This document shows, piece by piece, positions 1 to 6,909 of a stretch of DNA of 32,000 nucleotides. A program made the translations under genes and the position numbers. Under the pieces are notes generated by a model. That model was given only the letters and a program-made list of their open reading frames with translations, was not told the origin of the DNA and did not search any database. Each line of letters opens with the position of its first letter. Position 1 is the stretch's first letter. Source of the stretch: Dickeya dadantii NCPPB 898 (GTDB lineage: Bacteria; Pseudomonadota; Gammaproteobacteria; Enterobacterales; Enterobacteriaceae); NCBI RefSeq assembly GCF_000406145.1, contig NZ_CM001976.1, forward strand, positions 2,711,337 through 2,743,336, written 5' to 3'.

Positions 1-28
1 ACGCCCGGTTATCCGGGCGTTTTCTTTT
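1..28 (+). terminator. Rho-independent terminator hairpin, probably for a gene left of the window (may act bidirectionally at the smrA 3' end)
   Basis: ACGCCCGG-TTAT-CCGGGCGT is a perfect 8-bp stem followed by TTTTCTTTT. Confidence 0.55.
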
Positions 29-41
29 GGCGAGCGAAAGA

Positions 42-611
42 TCAACGGCTGCGTTTAGCGTGTCTCTCGCGATTATCCTGACGAGCCTGGTCGGATTTTT
101 TAAGCGACACATAACAGGCACCGGCGCCGCCATGAAACGGTTGCGCGGTACAAAAGGCTTGCACGGCGTCAAACTGCTGCAACCAACGGAACAGGTAATT
201 GCGCACGACATTGGCGTGTGATTTTTCATGACGACTTTTGCCATGAATAATCAGTAGATTACGCAAGTTATCCTTCTGAGCCTGCAACATGAACGCAAAC
301 AAATGCTGCCGACAGGTATCAACCGGCTGACGGAGTAGGTTGAGGCTGGCATCCAGCGGATACTTTCCCTGCCGCAGTTTATCCACCACGCCTTGCTGAA
401 TACCTTCCCGCCTGAACTCCAGCGGAATTTCGCATGAAAACAGATCGAGAAAACCGGTGATAAGAAAATTATCCGGCTCTGTTTCATCGATGTGGGGAAG
501 GACGGTTTTCGCCGAGACGGGCTTAAGATGAACGACGGTAGTGGACGGCTTCAGCGGTTTGACATCGTCCATGGCATCCAGAAACAGCATTTTTTCATCA
601 GGATTCATCAT
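42..611 (-). CDS. smrA: Smr-domain DNA endonuclease SmrA (YdaL)
   Basis: The ORF 42..710 translation from MMNPDEKMLFLDAMDDVKPLK to GACYVSLKKSDQARQDNRERHAKRSR is collinear with E. coli SmrA (MNLDDKSLFLDAMEDVQPLK...HAKRSR). I placed the start at ATG 611 because a terminator hairpin lies inside the longer N-terminal extension. Confidence 0.9.
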   Translation of the reverse strand: MMNPDEKMLFLDAMDDVKPLKPSTTVVHLKPVSAKTVLPHIDETEPDNFLITGFLDLFSCEIPLEFRREGIQQGVVDKLRQGKYPLDASLNLLRQPVDTCRQHLFAFMLQAQKDNLRNLLIIHGKSRHEKSHANVVRNYLFRWLQQFDAVQAFCTAQPFHGGAGACYVSLKKSDQARQDNRERHAKRSR

Positions 612-686
612 GTCACTCGCGTTTATCCAAACCACCCGCCTACTATAACGGGAGTACGGTGAAATATCACCTTGCCGGTCACAGTG

Positions 687-714
687 TAAAAACGCGGTGA
701 GTCTCCTCACCGCG
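687..714 (-). terminator. Rho-independent terminator on the minus strand, between the tail-fibre cassette and smrA
   Basis: CGCGGTGAG-TCTC-CTCACCGCG forms a 9-bp GC-rich stem (693-714). On the minus strand it is followed by TTTTTAC (692-687). Confidence 0.6.
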
Positions 715-806
715 CGGTAGTTTACCGGTTATATTCCGGATTTATCCGGGAAGCCGCCGGTATCTGGCGCCCCATCAGGCTCAACTTCAGATAGGTTCTC
801 CCGTCC

Positions 807-1292
807 TCAGGCAGCCATTACGATATGGCTAAAGGCGATATTGCGCGGGCGGGTTTCAACTCCCCCCGTTTTCTCCATAAAAATGTATGTATGCGCACGT
901 GCTCCCGATGAGAGCGTGACCTCAATCTTTTCATTATTCTCATCGCTAAATGCAATGATCCCTTCTGTCGGTGTGCCATATTCATTAATGAAACGGTGTT
1001 TGTGAGATCGGAGTTCATCCGCTTGCACTGAACCTAAGGCTCGCCCCGCATCCGCCCCGCGCCCATCATCCCAGCCACGAATAAATTCGCCGCGCAGATC
1101 CGGCAGGACGCCGCCGGGGTACGCCAGCGCCAGTTTGGGGAAGGCGTTTTTGTCGAACGCCTGACCGTTGCATTTCAGTCAGCCGGCCGGCGGCGTCGCC
1201 TGCGGCCAGGGCAGCGGGATGCCGGCCAGGTCGGCGCTTTTCAGTACGTCGCTTAAACCCAGGTTTGCGAGAAGACCTGAGGATACATACAA
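807..1292 (-). pseudogene. Alternative tail-fibre C-terminal (tail-collar / receptor-binding tip) cassette. It has no start codon of its own and is interrupted by an in-frame TGA.
   Basis: The minus-strand frame opens after a TGA at 1295-1293. It reads [100 protein letters not shown]...[14 protein letters not shown]. This parallels ORF 2058..2750 ([47 protein letters not shown]). The stop at 1181-1179 replaces the conserved Trp of GWLKCNG. Confidence 0.85.
1248..1273. promoter_or_regulatory. Invertase crossover site (hix/gix/cix-like, 12+2+12 bp), left copy
   Basis: The plus strand reads GTCGCTTAAACC-CA-GGTTTGCGAGAA. The minus strand reads TTCTCGCAAACC-TG-GGTTTAAGCGAC. This is the AAACC-nn-GGTTT architecture typical of Hin-family sites. 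It lies inside the tail-fibre reading frame and directly upstream of the invertase gene. Confidence 0.7.
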
Positions 1293-1293
1293 T
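1265..1293 (+). promoter_or_regulatory. Sigma-70 promoter for the invertase gene, overlapping the crossover site
   Basis: TTGCGA (1265-1270), a 17-nt spacer, then TACAAT (1288-1293). It sits 24 nt upstream of ATG 1317, whose SD is AGGAGG (1304-1309). Confidence 0.65.
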
Positions 1294-1316
1294 CAGCCTT
1301 TTCAGGAGGTTAGGTT

Positions 1317-1886
1317 ATGCTTATTGGCTATGCCCGGGTATCCACCAGCGATCAAAATACCGAATTGCAGAAAAACGCGCTGGTTGGCGCAAATTGTGAA
1401 CTGATTTTTGAAGATCAGGCCAGCGGTAAAAACGCCAGACGGCCGGGGCTGAAACGGGCATTACGCAAGCTCAAACGCGGCGACACCTTGATCGTATGGA
1501 AGCTGGACCGGCTGGGCCGCAGCGTGCGGGACCTGATTACCATGGTGTCGGACCTGCAGGGGCGTGGCATCCACTTTCGCAGCCTGACCGATGCGATTGA
1601 TACCTCAACGCCGGCCGGCCGCTTCTTTTTCCATGTGATGAGCGCATTGGCCGAGATGGAGCGAGAACTGATCGTCGAACGCACCCGCGCCGGGCTGGCG
1701 GCCGCCCGGGCAGCGGGCCGCATCGGCGGTCGTCGGCGCATCATGACGCCAGACGCCATCGAACACGCCAGAACGCTGCTGACCAATGGCGCGACTCGCT
1801 GGCAAATCGCCAATATTATTGGCGTATCGGAAAAAACCATCTATAAATATTTCCCGGCAACATTGCCGAAACTACAAATAGAATAA
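1317..1886 (+). CDS. Serine-recombinase DNA invertase of the Hin/Gin/Cin/Pin family
   Basis: The N-terminus MLIGYARVSTSDQ carries the catalytic Ser motif. The sequence continues GDTLIVWKLDRLGRS and FFHVMSALAEMERELIVERTRAGL, with a C-terminal HTH (WQIANIIGVSEKTIYKYFP). It is 189 aa, has a strong SD, and lies next to tail-fibre cassettes. Confidence 0.95.
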   Translation: MLIGYARVSTSDQNTELQKNALVGANCELIFEDQASGKNARRPGLKRALRKLKRGDTLIVWKLDRLGRSVRDLITMVSDLQGRGIHFRSLTDAIDTSTPAGRFFFHVMSALAEMERELIVERTRAGLAAARAAGRIGGRRRIMTPDAIEHARTLLTNGATRWQIANIIGVSEKTIYKYFPATLPKLQIE

Positions 1887-2057
1887 CAAGCGGAAAAATA
1901 CATCACATTGCATTATTCCATTTCAATTTTTAAAAAATAACTGCTCAGCCATTGATGATACAACCGCCTCACAATGAATAGCCTGCCATTCCCGGCGATA
2001 CTATCGGCGCGTAGAAGTTATGACGCATCCTTATTTCATTCACGCTGAGAAAAACAG

Positions 2058-2750
2058 ATGAAAAAACATGGTATTCCTCACGCTTTCGAACTGGGTTTTG
2101 GCAAAGAAAACCTGTACAAAAATAATAATGTTTATATTGAAAACATTTCTCTCGAATGCTGCCATAAAGCCTGCGGCGAACAGCAAAATACATCAACCTC
2201 CCCTACTGACGGCACCGCATCTACCGGCACATCGTCTGCCGGCAGCCTGAAAGATCTGGTGGGTATTCCGCAGCCCTGGCCACTGGCGGAAGCGCCGGAA
2301 GGCTGGCTGAAATGCAACGGGCAGGCGTTTGACGCCACCAAATATCCGCAGCTGGCAAAATTATACCCGGCCGGCACGCTGCCGGATTTGCGCGGCGAGT
2401 TTATTCGTGGCTGGGATGATGAAGGTAATATTGATACCGGACGCGAGTTATTATCAAAACAACACGCCACCAATCTGCGTACGGCGATGCTCGATTACAA
2501 TGGTTCCGACCTCAATGAAACCAAAGTATATATTGGCATGGCATATTCCGATGCAGACAGCGTTAAGGCAACGTTTTCCCCTAACGAAATAGCCTATGCG
2601 CCCAATGGCACCGATATTGGCAAGAATAATGCCGTCGATAACGGTGTTTACGCCACCTCCAACTATATTATCTTTAACAGCAATAAACCGAACTGGATCA
2701 GTGTTCGCCCGCGCAACGTCGCCTTCAACTATATCGTCAAGGCAGGCTAA
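2058..2750 (+). CDS. Tail-fibre C-terminal (tail-collar / receptor-binding tip) protein with its own ATG. It lacks the long N-terminal shaft/baseplate-attachment part of a P2 H-type fibre.
   Basis: The 230-aa ORF contains [53 protein letters not shown] (phage tail-collar motif) and ends RPRNVAFNYIVKAG. Its stop overlaps the chaperone start (TAATG at 2748-2752). Confidence 0.8.
   Translation: MKKHGIPHAFELGFGKENLYKNNNVYIENISLECCHKACGEQQNTSTSPTDGTASTGTSSAGSLKDLVGIPQPWPLAEAPEGWLKCNGQAFDATKYPQLAKLYPAGTLPDLRGEFIRGWDDEGNIDTGRELLSKQHATNLRTAMLDYNGSDLNETKVYIGMAYSDADSVKATFSPNEIAYAPNGTDIGKNNAVDNGVYATSNYIIFNSNKPNWISVRPRNVAFNYIVKAG
2080..2126. promoter_or_regulatory. Candidate right crossover site(s): two overlapping degenerate 26-bp sites in inverted orientation relative to 1248-1273
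   Basis: 2080-2105 reads ACGCTTTCGAAC-TG-GGTTTTGGCAAA, where the outer half is good and the inner half poor. 2101-2126 reads GCAAAGAAAACC-TG-TACAAAAATAAT, where the inner half is good and the outer half poor. Both TG cores sit at bases 2-3 of in-frame CTG codons, as in the left site. Confidence 0.45.
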
Positions 2751-3364
2751 TGATGGCAATGCAAAACGAGACTGATATTCAGTTTAATGCACAGGGGCTG
2801 AGCCTGAGCGCCGGCTACATTACGGTTTACCATATCGACCCCCAGTCACGGGAATATATCGGTAGTACCCGGGAATATCTGATGGAAGGCATCGGCATTC
2901 CGGCACACAGCTTTCTCGATGCCCCGCCGCAAACGCAGCCGCAGCAGGCTATTCTGCGACGTAGCGATGCGTCCGGCTGGGACAGCGTTGCCGATTATCG
3001 CGGCCAAACCACCTATGATAAGCAGACCCGGCAGGCCAGCATCATTACCCAGCCCGGCGATCTGCCCGAAACCCTGACGCTGTTGCCGCCGGCTACCGCC
3101 TACGATGTCTGGCAAAACGACGGCTGGGTGACGGATGCCAAAACGCAGCAGGCCGCACAGGTCAGCGCGGCGCAACAGCAGATGGCCAGCTATCTCGCCC
3201 AGGCGGAAAAGCGCCTTGCCGTGCTGCAATACGCGGTGGAACTGGAGATGGCGACTGAGCAGGAAACCCAGGCGCTGAAGAACTGGAAAACCTATATGGT
3301 GCAGTTAAGCCGGTTGGACGTGTCGTCTGCGCCCGCTATCGACTGGCCGACCATGCCTGCCTGA
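2750..3364 (+). CDS. Tail-fibre assembly chaperone (P2 G / Mu U / Tfa family)
   Basis: It is translationally coupled to the fibre tip ORF. The C-terminal region (AEKRLAVLQYAVELEMATEQETQALKNWKTYMVQLSRLDVS) is typical of Tfa chaperones. Its position before FI matches P2. Confidence 0.85.
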   Translation: MMAMQNETDIQFNAQGLSLSAGYITVYHIDPQSREYIGSTREYLMEGIGIPAHSFLDAPPQTQPQQAILRRSDASGWDSVADYRGQTTYDKQTRQASIITQPGDLPETLTLLPPATAYDVWQNDGWVTDAKTQQAAQVSAAQQQMASYLAQAEKRLAVLQYAVELEMATEQETQALKNWKTYMVQLSRLDVSSAPAIDWPTMPA

Positions 3365-3407
3365 TTCGCCGTTCCCGGTGGCGTGAACTGATGCGCCAAA
3401 CCTCTAC

Positions 3408-3443
3408 AGATGCCGTTGCCACCCAACGGCATCTGTTTTTTAT
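3408..3443 (+). terminator. Rho-independent terminator after the fibre chaperone gene
   Basis: AGATGCCGTTG-CCACCC-CAACGGCATCT is an 11-bp stem followed by GTTTTTTAT. Confidence 0.8.
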
Positions 3444-3457
3444 TTCAATTAACTAAT

Positions 3458-3480
3458 TGTTTTTAATCATTATAAAAACA
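3458..3480 (+). promoter_or_regulatory. Perfect dyad in the AT-rich region upstream of FI; candidate activator (Ogr-type) site of the late tail promoter
   Basis: TGTTTTTA-ATCATTA-TAAAAACA has 8-bp arms. It is centred about 119 bp upstream of the FI ATG. The position is analogous to the P2 PF promoter, but the spacing differs from the P2 TGT-N12-ACA element. Confidence 0.35.
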
Positions 3481-3587
3481 CTATCCGCGTTCTCCTGTTG
3501 TGCCATCCCATACCCAACTCCATTCGGATGCCTTCTGTTTTCCGACAAGGCACTATTACTCGCACCCCACAACAGGAGACATTCTTG

Positions 3588-4757
3588 ATGAGTGATTTTC
3601 ATCACGGTACGCAGGTCGTCGAAATCAACGACGGTACCCGCGTCATTTCAACTGTATCAACCGCGATCGTCGGTATGGTCTGTACCGGACCGGACGCTGA
3701 CGCCGCCACTTTCCCGCTGAATACACCGGTACTGATTACCGATGTACTGACCGCCGCAGGCAAAGCCGGTAAAACCGGTACCCTGGCTGCCGCGTTGCAG
3801 GCCATCGGCGACCAAACCAAACCGGTAACGGTAGTCGTTCGTGTAGCCGAAGGCGCCAACGAGGCTGAAACGGTGTCCAACATCATCGGCGGTGCCGATG
3901 CCAACGGCAAATACACCGGTATGAAAGCCCTGCTGGACGCCCAGGCCGTTACTGGCGTGAAGCCGCGTATCCTCGGCGTTCCGGGGCTGGATTCCCAGCC
4001 TGTCGCCACCGCGCTGGCCGCCATCTGTCAGTCGCTGCGCGCCTTCGGTTACGTGAGCGCTTATGGCTGTAAGACTCTGTCCGACGCCATCAAATACCGC
4101 GGCAACTTCAGCCAGCGCGAACTGATGGTGATCTGGCCGGACTTTATCGCCTGGCACACCGCCACCAACGCCAGCGCCACCGCCTACGCCACCGCGCGTG
4201 CGCTGGGCCTGCGCGCCAAGATCGACCAAGAAACCGGCTGGCACAAAACCCTGTCCAACGTCGGCGTCAACGGCGTGACCGGCATCTCCGCCAGCGTGTA
4301 CTGGGACCTGCAGACCATCGGCAGCGACGCCGACCTGCTGAACGAAGCCGGCGTGACTACGCTGGTGCGTAAGGACGGTTTCCGCTTCTGGGGTAACCGC
4401 ACCTGTTCCGACGATCCGCTGTTCCTGTTTGAAAACTACACCCGCACCGCGCAAGTGTTGGCCGATACCATGGCTGAAGCGCACATGTGGGCCGTCGACA
4501 AACCGGTTACCGCCACCCTGATCCGCGACATTATCGAGGGTATCAAGGCCAAATTCCGCGAGCTGAAATCCAACGGCTACATCATCGACGCCGACTGCTG
4601 GTTCGATGAAAGCGCCAACGATAAGGAAACGCTGAAGGCCGGCAAGCTGTACATCGACTACGAGTACACCCCGGTGCCGCCACTGGAAAACCTCACGCTG
4701 CGTCAGCGTATCACCGACAAGTATCTGGTGAACCTGGCCGCATCCGTTAACAGCTAA
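3588..4757 (+). CDS. FI: Contractile tail sheath protein (P2 FI)
   Basis: [34 protein letters not shown] ... [23 protein letters not shown] is near-collinear with P2 FI ([33 protein letters not shown]...). SD AGGAG lies at 3574-3578. The TTG at 3498 in the ORF track is an upstream extension. Confidence 0.97.
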   Translation: [389 protein letters not shown]

Positions 4758-4771
4758 GGAGCGACAGACTC

Positions 4772-5290
4772 ATGGCACTGCCACGTAAACTTAAATATCT
4801 CAACCTGTTCAACGACGGTATGAGCTACATGGGCCAGGTGCACTCCGTCACCCTGCCGAAACTGACCCGCAAACTGGAAAACTACCGCGGCGGCGGCATG
4901 CAAGGCTCCGCGCCGGTGGATTTCGGGCTGGACAACGACGCGCTGGTGATGGAATGGAACATGGGCGGCCTGCCGGACAGCGCCTTCTGGAGCCAGTACG
5001 CGCTGCCGGGTGCCGATGCGGTTCCGCTGCGTTTCGCCGGCTCTTACCAGCGTGACGACACCGGCGACATCACCGCCGTCGAAATCGTACTGCGCGGCCG
5101 CCACAAGTCGATTGACAGCGGCGAATCCAAGCAGGGCGAAGAGACTGACGTGCGTGTCTCCACCCAGTGCACTTACTACAAACTGATCATTGACGGCGTC
5201 GACATGATCGAAATCGACACCATCAACATGATCGAGAAAGTGAACGGCGTTGACCGTCTGGAACAACACCGCCGCAATATCGGTCTGTAA
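4772..5290 (+). CDS. FII: Tail tube protein (P2 FII)
   Basis: MALPRKLKYLNLFNDG...IDTINMIEKVNGVDRLEQHRRNIGL matches P2 FII almost along its full length. Confidence 0.97.
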   Translation: MALPRKLKYLNLFNDGMSYMGQVHSVTLPKLTRKLENYRGGGMQGSAPVDFGLDNDALVMEWNMGGLPDSAFWSQYALPGADAVPLRFAGSYQRDDTGDITAVEIVLRGRHKSIDSGESKQGEETDVRVSTQCTYYKLIIDGVDMIEIDTINMIEKVNGVDRLEQHRRNIGL

Positions 5291-5300
5291 CGACCGCTTC

Positions 5301-5329
5301 ATGGCCAGCTACGGCTGGCCATTCTTATT
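5301..5329 (+). terminator. Hairpin plus T-rich tract between FII and E (intra-operon attenuator or terminator)
   Basis: ATGGCCAGC-TACG-GCTGGCCAT is a 9-bp stem followed by TCTTATT. Confidence 0.5.
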
Positions 5330-5350
5330 GATAGCACCGGAGTTTTTATC

Positions 5351-5641
5351 ATGACGGTTGAAACAACCACACAACCCAACGTCATCATCCTGAATGCCCC
5401 GATCAAACGCGGCGAAACCCTGATTGACACCATCACGCTGCTCACGCCGACTGCGGGCACGCTGCGCGGCATCGGCCTGGCGGCGCTGGCGAGCGCCGAT
5501 GTGGAAGCGCTGATCAAATTGCTGCCGCGCATCACCTACCCTGCCCTGACCGAAGCGGACGTCACGGGACTGGAACTGCCTGACCTGCTTGAATTCGCCG
5601 GCAAGGTGATCGGTTTTTTATCGCCGGGCTCGGTACGCTGA
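5351..5641 (+). CDS. E: Tail assembly chaperone (P2 E)
   Basis: The 96-aa product contains KRGETLIDTITLLTPTAGTLRGIGLAALASADVEALIKLLPRIT...LELPDLLEFAGKVIGFLSP, closely resembling P2 gpE. Confidence 0.93.
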   Translation: MTVETTTQPNVIILNAPIKRGETLIDTITLLTPTAGTLRGIGLAALASADVEALIKLLPRITYPALTEADVTGLELPDLLEFAGKVIGFLSPGSVR

Positions 5642-5793
5642 CGCTGCCGCCGAGCCTCACGGTTGACGACCTGATGGCGGATATCGCCGTGGTGTTCCAC
5701 TGGCCGCCATCCGCACTTTTCCCCATGAGCCTGGCCGAGTTGATTAACTGGCGCGCCAAGGCGCTACAACGAAGTGGACAAGACTATGCCTAA
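5351..5793 (+). CDS. E+E': Tail assembly chaperone E+E', made by a -1 programmed frameshift at T_TTT_TTA (5614-5620)
   Basis: The zero frame reads GGT TTT TTA. After a -1 slip the frame reads IAGLGTLTLPPSLTVDDLMADIAVVFHWPPSALFPMSLAELINWRAKALQRSGQDYA* (TAA 5791-5793). This resembles the P2 E' extension and overlaps the T start. Confidence 0.85.
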
Positions 5794-6898
5794 GCAAAAA
5801 ACTGTGCCTAAGCAACCAACCACCCCGGATGGGGCGACGACGACAGGCGCCGGCAGGCGAAGCGGAAACGCCAGGGATAACAGCATCTTCTCGCCGCTCG
5901 GGGACAATGTTTATCTGAATAAAATCAGCAGTGTACTGCAGGATTTTTTGAGTAAGGCCGGTCAAATCGCTCACGGTGCGACGGCTTTCAACGCCGCCGG
6001 CTCACCGAAAAAAAGCGCGACCGGCGGAAAAAAAGGCGGTAGACAATCTGCCGCGGCGCAGTTGGGAACGCTGGGGAATCTCGCCAGACGGTTCGACGCA
6101 TTGACCGCCATCCTGGCGCCGGCCTCTTCCGCCCTGAAAACCGCGCATGACCGTTCACCCGCGGACAATGCAGCGCTCTCCCGTAACGGGCAGTCCCCAG
6201 ACGCCGGCGCAACGCAATCATTCATCGCTCAGGCAAGCGACGGCGTCAACAGCATCTATCTGTCCGCGACGGCGGCCATGCAGGCGCAACAGCGTATCGC
6301 CGGGCTGGTTCCTTCGGCGCAATGGGCTTCCGGGATCACCGCACCGTCGCTGCCGGGCAACGTGGCATCGTTGCTACAGGCGCAACAGCGCCTCAACCTG
6401 CCGACGAACCTGCTGCCGAACGTAGGTTCTGACGTCGCGTCGCAAATGGGCGCGGAGGGACTGAACTCGCTGGCCGGAACGGCGCAGGAATCGTTCGTCG
6501 GCGTGGAAGAAACCAGCTTGATGCTGTCCGCATTAAGTAATGCGGACCTGGATGACGGCGGCGACGGCAACGGCGCAACCGGGGGAATTGACGCGCTACA
6601 AGCCATTTCAGGCCCGGCTATGCAACTGCTCGGCCAGTCAGCGTTGACCGGTCAAAACAGTGCAGAAAACCCGTCAAATCCGCTGTCTGACATGATGAAC
6701 GGCCATTACAACGCCCTCGCACCGACATCACAGCAAAGTTATGTTGACCAGCGCGTGGTGAATAACATCACCATCAACGTGCCGGAGAACAGCAACCTCG
6801 ACGTGATTAAACAATACATCGACGAGGCACTTCGAAAATACACCCCGAATAGCAGCACGTACTCCTACAACTCCATGACCTCTAATCTCATTTCGTGA
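5786..6898 (+). CDS. T: Tail tape-measure protein (P2 T position), unusually short (~370 aa) and low-complexity
   Basis: It lies between E+E' and U. It is rich in Ala/Gly/Ser/Gln, and its C-terminus VVNNITINVPENSNLDVIKQYIDEALRKY is tape-measure-like. ATG 5786 overlaps the E+E' stop; GTG 5774 is an alternative start. Confidence 0.75.
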   Translation: MPKQKTVPKQPTTPDGATTTGAGRRSGNARDNSIFSPLGDNVYLNKISSVLQDFLSKAGQIAHGATAFNAAGSPKKSATGGKKGGRQSAAAQLGTLGNLARRFDALTAILAPASSALKTAHDRSPADNAALSRNGQSPDAGATQSFIAQASDGVNSIYLSATAAMQAQQRIAGLVPSAQWASGITAPSLPGNVASLLQAQQRLNLPTNLLPNVGSDVASQMGAEGLNSLAGTAQESFVGVEETSLMLSALSNADLDDGGDGNGATGGIDALQAISGPAMQLLGQSALTGQNSAENPSNPLSDMMNGHYNALAPTSQQSYVDQRVVNNITINVPENSNLDVIKQYIDEALRKYTPNSSTYSYNSMTSNLIS

Positions 6899-6909
6899 GG
6901 ATAACCATT

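Noticed and set aside
3365-3587. The P2 Z/fun defence-cargo hotspot between the fibre chaperone and FI.
   Set aside because: The gap is only 223 bp and is fully accounted for by a terminator and a promoter region. It contains no ORF.
3657-4484. Long antisense or overlapping ORFs inside well-identified genes. Examples: 3657-4484(-), 9205-10185(-), 13859-14479(-), 16286-16951(-), 24119-24898(+), 26636-27610(-), 30180-30923(-).
   Set aside because: The opposite strand or other frame encodes proteins collinear with known families (FI, GuaD, MCP, Aer, permease, ChaA, RstA). These ORFs are Arg/Gly/His/Gln-rich low-complexity translations, typical of open antisense frames in GC-rich DNA, and they lack SD sequences.
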